Assembly: GCA_963555985.3 (NCBI GenBank)
Contig: OY820591.1
Location: forward strand, 2,125,053-2,189,052
Length of the DNA: 64,000 nucleotides
From: Dehalococcoidia bacterium
GTDB lineage: Bacteria; Chloroflexota; Dehalococcoidia; Bin125
Reading direction: 5' to 3'
This document shows, one piece after another, positions 53,848 to 62,267 of this stretch. Numbering within the stretch: the first letter of the stretch is position 1; every line of letters starts with the position of its first letter. A program made the translations under genes and the position numbers. Below the pieces are notes generated by a model that was not told where the DNA came from, did no database searches, and was given only the letters and a program-made list of their open reading frames with translations.

Positions 53848-54447
53848 ATGGCCTTTCTCCTCGGCGTCACCGGCTCCATCGCCAGCGGCAAATCCCTCCT
53901 CTGCCAACACCTCGTCGATCAACACAACGCCCGCCACATCGACGCCGACCGACACGTCCACACCATGTACGAACCAGGCAAACCCGCCTTCGACCGCATC
54001 GTCGCCCAGTTCGGAGCGCGCGTGATCGGCGACGACGGCTACATCGACCGCAAAGCCCTCGGCGACATCGTCTTCGGCAAACCCGACCTCCTAACCGCGC
54101 TGCGCACCGCCATCGGCGATATCGAAGGCGAATTCATGCGCCTGCTGCGAGAGCTGAAGACCGATCCGGCCCCGATTGCGGTGTTTGAGGCCGTTCGCCT
54201 CTTCGAAGGCCCCTACATGGAACTCTGCGACGCCGGTTGGCTGGTGGCGTCGGAGGACGAAACCGCCCTTACCCGGCTCATGGCCCGCAACAAGCTCACC
54301 CGCGAGGAGGCCGAGCAGCGCATGGCCTCCGCCACACCCTGGCTCGAGCGCGCGCCCAAAGCCGACCTCGTACTCCACAACGACGGCACAGTCGACGAGT
54401 TCCTCGCCGCCGCCGACACCGCCGTTCGAGAGGCCCTGAGCCGCTAG
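53848..54447 (+). CDS. coaE: Dephospho-CoA kinase
   Basis: GVTGSIASGKS P-loop at the N-terminus, about 200 aa, typical CoaE layout. Confidence 0.9.
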   Translation: MAFLLGVTGSIASGKSLLCQHLVDQHNARHIDADRHVHTMYEPGKPAFDRIVAQFGARVIGDDGYIDRKALGDIVFGKPDLLTALRTAIGDIEGEFMRLLRELKTDPAPIAVFEAVRLFEGPYMELCDAGWLVASEDETALTRLMARNKLTREEAEQRMASATPWLERAPKADLVLHNDGTVDEFLAAADTAVREALSR

Positions 54448-54480
54448 CCTCACATCCACAGCAACAGGATGGAGGCAAAC

Positions 54481-56664
54481 ATGGGCGCACTCGACGGACT
54501 TCGCGTAATCGACTTCGGACAGTACATGGCCGGCCCCCTGGCCGCGATGATGCTCGCCGACAACGGGGCCGACGTGATCCGCATCGATCCTCCCGCCGGA
54601 CCGATCTGGGACACTCCCGCCAACGCGGTCTGGAATCGCGGCAAACGCCGCATCTCGCTCGACCTCAAGACTGCCGACGGGCGGCGCACGGCGCAGGAGT
54701 TGATTGCGTCCGCTGATGTTGTGGTCGAGAACTTCCGCCCGGGCGTGATGGATCGTCTCGGTCTCGGGTCCGAGGAATCAACCAACGCCAACGACCGCCT
54801 GATCTACCTCTCGCTGCCTGGATTCTCCGCGGACGACGAACGCGCCGCGATGCCCGCTTGGGAAGGCGTGGTCTCTGCCGGCGTGGGTACCTACAGCGGC
54901 TCCCTCTTCGCCGACGCTCCCCGACCGGTCTACACCGCCGTGCCCATCGCCTCCTCCTACGCCGCCTTCACCGGCTGCGCCGGCGTCGCCATGGCCCTGG
55001 TCGCCCGCGAACGCGACGGCTTCGGACAACGCATCGAAGCCTCCCTGCACGACAGCCTCTATCAGGCCATCGGCATTCGCGGCCTCAAGTTCCTCGACCG
55101 CGACGCCCCGCGCGGACCCGTCCCCTGGGTGGGACCCTACGAATGCGCCGACGGACGCTGGGTCTTCTTCCACGCTGCCTACTCCCACTTCATCCGTCAG
55201 TTCTGCATCGCCGCCGGCGTTCCCCAGTGGCTCGACGAACCCTGGTCGAAAGCCTCCGAAATCCAGCAGGACTTCTCTCTCGCCGACATCGCCCGCGCCC
55301 AACTCACCAACATCTTCCTCACCCGCACCGCCCAGGAGTGGGAAGACCTGATCAACGCCGCCGCCACCCCCACCGGCCCGCCGACCGTCCGCTGCCTCGA
55401 CTCCGCCGAGTGGCTGCACGAACCCCACGCGCGCGAGGCCGAGATCATCGTCGAACTCGACGACCCCGAACTTGGTCCCATGCTCCAGCCCGGCATCCAG
55501 GTGCGCATGTCCCAGACCCCCGGCGCGATTCGCGGACCCCGCAAAGCCCTCGACGCCGACCGCGGCGACATCCTCTCCGAGCTCTCAGCCTCAGCCCCCG
55601 CAGCGATCCGCGCCCCGGGCAACCGCCTCTCCCAAGCCCTCGAGGACGTCAACGCGCTCGACCTCTGCATCATCCTCGCCGGCCCCACCTGCGGACGCAC
55701 GCTCGCCGAATTCGGCGCAGACGTGATCAAGATTGACAACCCCTCCCGCGAAAACGGGATCATGCTTCACGAAGACATCAATCGCGGCAAACGCTCGATC
55801 CTGCTCGACCTCAAGCGCCCCGAAGGCCGCGACCTCTTCATGCAACTCGCCGCCGACGCCGACGTCATCGTTCAGAACTACCGCCTCGGCAAGGTCGGCG
55901 GACTCAACGTCGACTACGACTCCGTCCGCCGCCTCAACCCCGATGTCGTCTACGCCTCGCTCAATGCCTTCGGCGAAATCGGCCCCTGGGCTCAGCGCGC
56001 CGGCTGGGAGCAACTCGCACAGTCGGCCAGCGGCATGATGACCCGCTACGGCGACACCGAACCCACCCTCCAACCCTTCGCCATCAACGACTACGGCACC
56101 GGCATCAACGGCGCCTTCGCCGTCGGCATGGCCCTCTACCACCGCCTCCGCACCGGACAAGGCCAGCAAGTCTTCACCGCCCTCGCCCGCACCGCCAGCA
56201 CCCTCCAGTCGAACATGCTCCATGGCTATGAAGGCAAACGTTGGGACGAACCCGCCGGCCAGGACGCCCTCGGCGACAGCCCCCTCCACCGGCTCTATGA
56301 AGCCGCCGACGGCTGGCTCTTCCTCGGAGCCAAGCCCGGACAAGCCGCCGACATCCCCTCCGAAGACGAATTCAAGACCAAGACCGTCGCCGAATGGATC
56401 GCCAAACTCACCGCCAACGGCATCGGCGCCGAGCCCGTCAAGTCAGTCGAAGACGCCATGACCAACCCTCGCGCCGTCAAACTCGGACTCTCCCTCACCC
56501 GCGAACACGACGGCCGCGGCCGGGTCCGAACCAACGGCCCCTCAGTCAACCTCTCCCGAACCCCGGTCGTCGCCGGCCGCCCCGCCATGCTCCCAGGCTC
56601 CGCAGCCCCGGAACTCCTGGGCGAACGAGCGAAAGAACTTACAGCCGCAGGAGTCTTGGGATAA
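54481..56664 (+). CDS. Two-domain fusion of family III CoA-transferases (N-half without catalytic Asp, C-half with it)
   Basis: ATG 54481 has GGAGG 5 nt upstream (the track ORF starts at 54469). LRVIDFGQYMAGPLAAMMLADNGADVIRIDPP, then a second LDLCIILAGPTCGRTLAEFGADVIKIDNP. N-half reads PIASSYAAF...RDGFGQ and C-half reads INDYGTGIN...RTGQGQ. Confidence 0.85.
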   Translation: MGALDGLRVIDFGQYMAGPLAAMMLADNGADVIRIDPPAGPIWDTPANAVWNRGKRRISLDLKTADGRRTAQELIASADVVVENFRPGVMDRLGLGSEESTNANDRLIYLSLPGFSADDERAAMPAWEGVVSAGVGTYSGSLFADAPRPVYTAVPIASSYAAFTGCAGVAMALVARERDGFGQRIEASLHDSLYQAIGIRGLKFLDRDAPRGPVPWVGPYECADGRWVFFHAAYSHFIRQFCIAAGVPQWLDEPWSKASEIQQDFSLADIARAQLTNIFLTRTAQEWEDLINAAATPTGPPTVRCLDSAEWLHEPHAREAEIIVELDDPELGPMLQPGIQVRMSQTPGAIRGPRKALDADRGDILSELSASAPAAIRAPGNRLSQALEDVNALDLCIILAGPTCGRTLAEFGADVIKIDNPSRENGIMLHEDINRGKRSILLDLKRPEGRDLFMQLAADADVIVQNYRLGKVGGLNVDYDSVRRLNPDVVYASLNAFGEIGPWAQRAGWEQLAQSASGMMTRYGDTEPTLQPFAINDYGTGINGAFAVGMALYHRLRTGQGQQVFTALARTASTLQSNMLHGYEGKRWDEPAGQDALGDSPLHRLYEAADGWLFLGAKPGQAADIPSEDEFKTKTVAEWIAKLTANGIGAEPVKSVEDAMTNPRAVKLGLSLTREHDGRGRVRTNGPSVNLSRTPVVAGRPAMLPGSAAPELLGERAKELTAAGVLG

Positions 56665-56717
56665 CAACCATCAAACGCCTAAGCTCAAAACAAGAGCCAG
56701 CGGACGGGAGACCGCCT

Positions 56718-57092
56718 ATGGGCGCGACTCACGTCACCGTCAACGTCACCAATCCCGGCGATCACAGCCGCGAGTGGAGCGGACTCTTCCTCGTCGACAC
56801 CGGCGCAACCGACTCCCTCGTGCCCAGGAAACACCTGGACGAGATCGGCGTCGCACCGGATGGCCAGCGCTTCTACATCTTGGCCGACGGCAGCGAGCTG
56901 CGCCTCGACATCGCCGTCGCCAGACTCGAAATCCTCGGCGAAATCGTCGGTACCACCGTCATGTTCGGCGATGACGACGCCGAACCCCTCCTGGGAGTCA
57001 CCGCCCTCGAATCCTTAGGAATCGAAGTAGACCCCCTCAATCAACGCCTCAGACGCCTCCCCGCCGTCCGTCTCAAAACCGCACACCCTTGA
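56718..57092 (+). CDS. Retropepsin-like (clan AA) aspartyl protease
   Basis: 124 aa with FLVDTGATDSLV (DTG active-site motif) and LLGVTALESLG flap/dimer region. GGGAG upstream of ATG 56718. Confidence 0.7.
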   Translation: MGATHVTVNVTNPGDHSREWSGLFLVDTGATDSLVPRKHLDEIGVAPDGQRFYILADGSELRLDIAVARLEILGEIVGTTVMFGDDDAEPLLGVTALESLGIEVDPLNQRLRRLPAVRLKTAHP

Positions 57093-57131
57093 CGAACCCG
57101 ATCCCCTGATGGCAATCGGCAGACCAACCCC

Positions 57132-57326
57132 ATGAGCGAACAACCGGACGCCCTCAAGCACGAGACGCCTGCTCCACAGAACAACGGCGGCGAACCTTAC
57201 GGCATCGAGGATCAGATCCACGCTGTCGTAGCTCATGCTTCCCATGCAGAACGTGACAAACTTCCGTCCGACTTCGGCAAGAACCTCGAAAACCACCTTT
57301 ACGGCTATCCCAAGGAAGAAGACTGA
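57132..57326 (+). CDS. Putative antitoxin (VapB-position)
   Basis: 64 aa. C-terminal LPSDFGKNLENHLYGYPKEE resembles short PIN-associated antitoxins. TGATG overlap with the next ORF. Confidence 0.45.
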   Translation: MSEQPDALKHETPAPQNNGGEPYGIEDQIHAVVAHASHAERDKLPSDFGKNLENHLYGYPKEED

Positions 57327-57538
57327 TGCGAACACGGTTCGCAGATTCGGGGTGCTGGATTGCGCTCCTCTACCCGAACGATCAGCTTCATCAACTGGCC
57401 GATGCAGTCGCGGCTGTGCTGACCGACTGCGCGAGCTTTCTCGTGATGGAGAAGCGGGGCATCGCCGAGGCGCTGGCCTACGACCGCGATTTCGAGCAGG
57501 CCGGGTTCGTCGCCCTGCTGCGAGACGCATCGCTCTGA
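57326..57538 (+). pseudogene. Internally deleted PIN-domain toxin remnant
   Basis: The 70-aa product aligns to both ends of the 37800..38225 PIN protein (FADSGCWIALLYPNDQLH vs FIDTTYLIARMDEGDQWH; TDCASFLVMEKRGIAEALAYDRDF vs LQDCIAILVMRERGITEALTADQEF), but about 70 central residues are missing in frame. Confidence 0.55.
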
Positions 57539-57591
57539 ACGCCGCCCGCCGACGCCCTCGCTATCCTGACCCCAATCCACGGGAGTACACC

Positions 57592-58788
57592 ATGCCCCTC
57601 GCCCTCTCCGACGTCCGCATCCTCGACCTCACCCAATACGAAGCCGGCACCTCCTCCACCCAGGCGCTCGGCTGGCTCGGCGCCGAAATCGTCAAAGTCG
57701 AACCCCCTCAACGCGGTGAACCCGGACGCCGCCTCGGCGCCGGCCCCGACGCCGTCGACTCCACCTACTTCATCACCCTCAACAACAACAAACGCTCCCT
57801 CACCCTCGATCTCAAGACTGACCAGGGCCGCGAACTCTTCCTCCAACTCGTGCCCAAATTCGACATCGTGGTCGAAAACTTCACCCTCGGCACGATGGAA
57901 CGCCTCGGCATCGGCTACGACACGCTCAAAGAAATCCACCCCCAACTCATCTACTGCACCGTCAAGGGCTTCGGTACCACCGGACCCTGGGCGCCCACCA
58001 AATCGTTCGACATGGTTGCCCAGGCCGCCGGCGGCGCCATGGCCATCACCGGCACCGAAGACACCCTCCCGCTCAAACCCGGACCCACCATCGGCGACAC
58101 CGGCACCGGCGTCCAAGCCGCCATTGGAATGCTCGCCGCCCTCTGGCAGCGCGCCCGCGACGGCGTCGGCCAAAAAGTCGAACTCTCCATGCAAGAAGCC
58201 GTCACCAACTACACCCGCGTCCCCATGACCCGCCGCGAAATCTCCGGCGACCCCGCCCCGCCCTACGGCGACGGCCAAACCGCACCCACCGGACTCTTCC
58301 CCTGCAAACCCGGCGGCCGCGCCGATTGGGTCTGGATCGTCGTCGCCGGCGGTCGAATGCGCAAAGCCCTCATGCACACCATCGGCCGTCCCGACCTGGC
58401 CGAATCCAATGGCGCGCGCGGAATCACCCGCAACGAAGGCGACGACGTCCGCCAGGCCATAGAAGCCTGGACCCGAGAACGGACCAAGTTCGAAGTCATG
58501 GACGCCATGAGAGAAGCCGGAGTCCCCTCCGGCCCCGTCCTCGACTCCGGCGAAATCTTCGACAACGAACACCTCCGCGAACGAGGAATGCTGGTCGACA
58601 TCGAACACCCCACCAGAGGCCCTATGACCCTCCTCGGCTGCCCCATCCGCCTCAGCGAAAGCCCCCCGGTCCACCAACGAGCCCCCCTCCTCGGAGAACA
58701 CACCGCCGAAGTCCTGGCCGAAGAGTTGGGCCTCGAAGCCTCTGCGGTTGAGGCCCTGGCCGAGTCAGGGGTCGTCTCAACCGCTTGA
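57592..58788 (+). CDS. Family III CoA-transferase (Frc/formyl-CoA transferase-like), single gene with catalytic Asp
   Basis: MPLALSDVRILDLTQYEAGTSSTQALGWLGAEIVKVEPP and IGDTGTGVQ...RDGVGQ. GGGAG upstream of ATG 57592. Confidence 0.85.
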   Translation: MPLALSDVRILDLTQYEAGTSSTQALGWLGAEIVKVEPPQRGEPGRRLGAGPDAVDSTYFITLNNNKRSLTLDLKTDQGRELFLQLVPKFDIVVENFTLGTMERLGIGYDTLKEIHPQLIYCTVKGFGTTGPWAPTKSFDMVAQAAGGAMAITGTEDTLPLKPGPTIGDTGTGVQAAIGMLAALWQRARDGVGQKVELSMQEAVTNYTRVPMTRREISGDPAPPYGDGQTAPTGLFPCKPGGRADWVWIVVAGGRMRKALMHTIGRPDLAESNGARGITRNEGDDVRQAIEAWTRERTKFEVMDAMREAGVPSGPVLDSGEIFDNEHLRERGMLVDIEHPTRGPMTLLGCPIRLSESPPVHQRAPLLGEHTAEVLAEELGLEASAVEALAESGVVSTA

Positions 58789-58807
58789 GCCGCTTCCACA
58801 AACAACA

Positions 58808-58888
58808 CCGTCATACCCACGCTTGCCGCGGAGCCTGTCCCCGCGAAGGCGAGGATCACTCGCCGTGATCTGCACGGTCGTCGCTCAC
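58808..58888 (-). repeat. MITE family A copy 4, truncated (one end only)
   Basis: ccgtcatacccacgcttgccgcggagcctgtcc...gtgatctgcacggtcgtcgc matches 48320-48390. The other terminus is missing where the neighbouring gene's stop (58893) begins. Confidence 0.65.
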
Positions 58889-58892
58889 GCAG

Positions 58893-60779
58893 CTAGCCCA
58901 CTGCAACATCCCACCGATCCGCACAGTTCTGGACGACCAGATCGACATCCTCGGCGAGAATCACACCCTCCGCCGCAAGACTCTCCGCATCCCCTCTGAC
59001 CCGATCGAGATACGACGCTTTGTCCCCATACCGCGCCAGAATCTCCTCCCGACTGAACCACTGAGTCAGACCCACAAAGTGACTCGTCAAATCCTCCCCA
59101 CCCGTCTCCGGGTGACGCGGATTCCAACCGGTATGCAGACCGAGCGGCTGCGTCAGATCCGGCAATCTGAGACCTGCAATCTCATTCCCATGCTCGTCGA
59201 CCGCCGACACATAGCCCTGGTACTCCGCCCCCTCAACCGGCGGCAGCGCAGACCAATCCACCGTCCGCACCCGCGACAGACGCTCCGCATCCGGCGTCGT
59301 CACCCGATCACTCAGTTGCAACAGCACCTCTCCCCGCTTGGCGGCGGTGCCCTTAGCCAGACTCGGCACACTCGTCGGCGGCGGCTCCGACTCCCCAGCC
59401 GCCCAGCGATCCAGATTCACCAGCGCCGCCCGCATCAGCGGCGACTGATCCACAGCGTTATGCCGGTACATGCTGCGATCGGCGGTCAAGTAGAAACTGT
59501 CAATCGGCTCGGCCTGACCAGCCCCGTGCTGCGTACACGCCAACAGATAATGCCGCGACTGCGGATGCTCCGGAACATCCTCGCCCGTGGCCGGATCAAT
59601 GTCGATCAGCGACGCATCCCCGCGCCAGAACTCCCAACTCGTATTCGTCTTCACGATCTTCGGCGTCGCGCCCTGTTCGTCCGAGCGCCCCAGTAACCCG
59701 TCGCACGCACCGGTCAACGGATCATCGCGCTCGACATCGGCGAAGGGAAACTCATGGATCGGCCCGGCCAGGAACAGCTGCGACGGCTGACCGTAGCGCC
59801 GGTTGAACTCGCCCCGAATGCCGCCCGCGACGTGGATGTGCATCCCGTCAAAGGCGCGCTGCGAGGGAGCGTCCGGATCACGGTTCAGGCCCAGATACAA
59901 CAGGTGGCGAAGGAAGCGCCCGCTCTGCGAAATCCCGAAGCCATGCACGCGCTCATAAGAACGCTGCCAGCCGCGCAGAAACAGCGCCGCATCGCGGAAC
60001 GCGAGCAGACCCGTTCCGACAACCGGCGAGCGGTCGGTCGGATAGACGACCTCGTAGATCTTGCCCGGCGTAAACCCGCCCTCAAGCCAAAGGTCGCGCG
60101 CACTCGGGACCACGCCCTCCTCGGTCTGCCGCGCAAACCGCCAACGCTCGCGTGAAATCTCGCGCGGCTCATCGTCCTCAAAGTCGAGCTCATAGAGACG
60201 CGAGCGCCCGTCCTCGTGCTCCGAGACCGGATAACCCGGCTGCCCCAGGTGCTCGATCGGCATCGAGGCCAACGGCTCGCTGGGACGCAAGTCGGTAATC
60301 GCCTCGCCCGACATCGGCTTGTCGTCCGCGCCCAGCGCTTCGGGAGCCTCAAAGTCCAGCAAGGTCGGAGCGTCAGGCGTGTTCCACTGCCAAGCGACCG
60401 AAGCCACGCTGAACCCATGCCGAAACAGGAAGCCGTCGCCGGGATGCAGCGGATCGGTGAGCGAGAACTCAGGCGGCGTCCGATTCAGCGAACCAGGCAG
60501 CAAACTCCGTCCCCGATTGGGCACATCGATCACGAGCGCCCCGTTCCCGGCCGACGCATCCGTCGGCCGCATCAGCACCAGATCGCCGCTAAAGCGAACG
60601 CAACCGTCCGATCCGCGCGGCGCGCACTCGAGGTCGGTGATCCGCTGATGGTCTTCCAGCGCCGGATTGACCGCGTAGTGCAGCCGCGCCCGGATCAGCT
60701 CAAACGCCCCAGCGTCGCCGAACGCTTGCCCGTCGGCGTACGGTCCCTGCTGCACAATTTCGATTCGTTCGACGGACAT
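58893..60779 (-). CDS. Conserved hypothetical protein, possibly an atypical alpha/beta-hydrolase-domain family
   Basis: Start ATG 60779 (MSVERIEIVQQGPYADGQAFGDAGAFELI...LVLMRPTDASAGNGALVIDVPNRG). The N-terminal pattern resembles a large uncharacterised hydrolase-like family. No catalytic motif verified. Confidence 0.45.
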   Translation of the reverse strand: MSVERIEIVQQGPYADGQAFGDAGAFELIRARLHYAVNPALEDHQRITDLECAPRGSDGCVRFSGDLVLMRPTDASAGNGALVIDVPNRGRSLLPGSLNRTPPEFSLTDPLHPGDGFLFRHGFSVASVAWQWNTPDAPTLLDFEAPEALGADDKPMSGEAITDLRPSEPLASMPIEHLGQPGYPVSEHEDGRSRLYELDFEDDEPREISRERWRFARQTEEGVVPSARDLWLEGGFTPGKIYEVVYPTDRSPVVGTGLLAFRDAALFLRGWQRSYERVHGFGISQSGRFLRHLLYLGLNRDPDAPSQRAFDGMHIHVAGGIRGEFNRRYGQPSQLFLAGPIHEFPFADVERDDPLTGACDGLLGRSDEQGATPKIVKTNTSWEFWRGDASLIDIDPATGEDVPEHPQSRHYLLACTQHGAGQAEPIDSFYLTADRSMYRHNAVDQSPLMRAALVNLDRWAAGESEPPPTSVPSLAKGTAAKRGEVLLQLSDRVTTPDAERLSRVRTVDWSALPPVEGAEYQGYVSAVDEHGNEIAGLRLPDLTQPLGLHTGWNPRHPETGGEDLTSHFVGLTQWFSREEILARYGDKASYLDRVRGDAESLAAEGVILAEDVDLVVQNCADRWDVAVG

Positions 60780-60847
60780 TGGCGACCTCGCTTCCAGTCC
60801 CACCTAGACTAAGGCCTCCCCAGAACCCCTTTCTGATCACCCCTCTG

Positions 60848-61030
60848 CTCCCCTCTCCCTGAGGAGACCTGCGCGTAATCCCGGATTCCGTCATTCCAGG
60901 CTTGACCTGGAATCTCGTCCGGAATTGCGGGCTCTCTGGTCGGAGCGAGATTCCAGCGTTCGCTGGAATGACGAGAGCAGCGGGAATGCCAATTTGCAAA
61001 GGCCTCCGCAGGCGGGGAGTGAGGGCGAGG
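60848..61030. repeat. Composite REP cluster (ctcccc..tgaggagacctgcgcgtaatccc unit plus a hairpin element with CCGTCATTCCAG...CTGGAATGACG termini)
   Basis: ctcccctctccctgaggagacctgcgcgtaatcccggattccgtcattccaggcttgacctggaatc parallels 31381-31450. 60888-60973 carries inverted termini. Confidence 0.75.
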
Positions 61031-61039
61031 GGCCCTCCT

Positions 61040-61095
61040 GTTACCCAGATAACACTTTCGTACTACTCATATATTCGGAATATATATACTATGGC
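61040..61095 (+). promoter_or_regulatory. Strikingly AT-rich tract with TATACT -10-like box upstream of the HTH gene
   Basis: ttacccagataacactttcgtactactcatatattcggaatatatatactatgg sits in an otherwise GC-rich window. TATACT lies at 61085-61090, GGAGAG at 61121-61126 and ATG at 61136. Confidence 0.35.
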
Positions 61096-61135
61096 AAGAA
61101 TCGCGTCACAGCTCAACACAGGAGAGCGAGCAAGC

Positions 61136-62071
61136 ATGACCTTTCCCCGCTACCCCAACCCCGCCCGCCGCGCCAAACTGCTCCAAGCCCACCAACTCCG
61201 GCAACAAGGACTCACCCTCCGACAGATCGCCCAGGAGATGGGCTGCGCACACTCCACCGTCGCCGCCTACCTCAAAGACTTCGAACTCTTCCGCGCCGAC
61301 TTGATCCAGGAACTCGCCGCCGACCAACTCGTCGTCCACCTGCTCCAACTCGCCGATCTCAACGACGAACACCACGACCGCCGCCGCGCCGACATCCGCG
61401 AATTGCGCCTGCTGCTCACGGCCGTGCCCCACATCCGCCGCGACGAGTCCGAACGCACCCAAGAACTCGTCCAGGGCGGCGTCAGCGTCGACCGCTACGG
61501 TCAACGCTACCCCAGGCCCGAACGCTTCTTCCCCCCCACACCCGAAGAGATCGAGCAGATCAACCAACCCCACGCCGAACCGAACGCCGACCTCGACCCC
61601 GACCAAGCCCTCGTCTGCACCCCCGAACCCGCTCGAACAGCACCGAACAGCACCGAACAAGAACTTTCCGCTTCCCCTCTCCCCCCCTTGCAGGGGAGAT
61701 GTCCCGTAGAGCCTGCCCCCGCGCACGCGGGGGACAGAGGGGGGGCGCCGCCCGCCAAACACGCCGAACACACCGACGAACCCGCCCGAACAAAATCGAA
61801 CAAGCCCGAACAAGAAACCGCCCAAACCCCAGCCCAGGACGGCGAATCGGCCGAAACCGGCCAGATTTCCCCCGACCCCGCCCTCCAACAGGCCATCGAC
61901 GACATCGACCGCCGGCTCAAAGACATCCTCAGCGACCGAGACTGGCTCAACGACTACCCGTCCCGCAACCCCCGGCACCCCGAACGCCGGAAAGCCCTGC
62001 GCCTCGTCGAGCAAAAGCAAGCCCTGCTCGCCCAACTCCACGCGGAACCGGAGGCCCCCGACGCAGCCTGA
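61136..62071 (+). CDS. HTH-domain protein (transposase/resolvase-type N-terminal HTH), with REP and decamer array embedded in frame
   Basis: RRAKLLQAHQLRQQGLTLRQIAQEMGCAHSTVAAYLKD is an HTH. ATG 61136 has an RBS and ATG 61091 is an alternative start. The central third is repeat-derived (61624-61880). The C-terminal 60 aa look protein-like. Confidence 0.5.
   Translation: MTFPRYPNPARRAKLLQAHQLRQQGLTLRQIAQEMGCAHSTVAAYLKDFELFRADLIQELAADQLVVHLLQLADLNDEHHDRRRADIRELRLLLTAVPHIRRDESERTQELVQGGVSVDRYGQRYPRPERFFPPTPEEIEQINQPHAEPNADLDPDQALVCTPEPARTAPNSTEQELSASPLPPLQGRCPVEPAPAHAGDRGGAPPAKHAEHTDEPARTKSNKPEQETAQTPAQDGESAETGQISPDPALQQAIDDIDRRLKDILSDRDWLNDYPSRNPRHPERRKALRLVEQKQALLAQLHAEPEAPDAA
61624..61880 (+). 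repeat. Decamer-phased word-array element, copy W4, interrupted by REP family B copy (61677..61746)
   Basis: gctcgaacag|caccgaacag|caccgaacaa (61631-61660). CGAAC at 61765, 61777, 61787, 61797 and 61807. REP: ctctcccccccttgcaggggagatgtcccgtagagcctgcccccgcgcacgcgggggacagaggggggg. Confidence 0.65.
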
Positions 62072-62137
62072 CCGACGCCAACCCCGCCAGCCGCCGCTCA
62101 GGGAGACCCTTGCGAAAGTCGCCGGTCCGCGGATCAC

Positions 62138-62262
62138 GTCATTCCCGCGAACGCGGGAATCCATGCAGCGATCGAGTGGGACGGGAATTCCCGCGTTCGC
62201 AGACCGTTGCAACCCTCTATATCCGTCATTCCCGCGCAGCCTGCCCCTGCGCAGGCAGGGGG
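62138..62262 (+). repeat. Composite family C REP cluster, second copy of the 31434..31537 arrangement
   Basis: cgtcattcccgcgaacgcgggaatccatgcagcg ... gggaattcccgcgttcgcagaccgttgcaaccc ... ccgtcattcccgcgcagcctgcccctgcgcaggcagggggg. Confidence 0.8.
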
Positions 62263-62267
62263 GCTCC

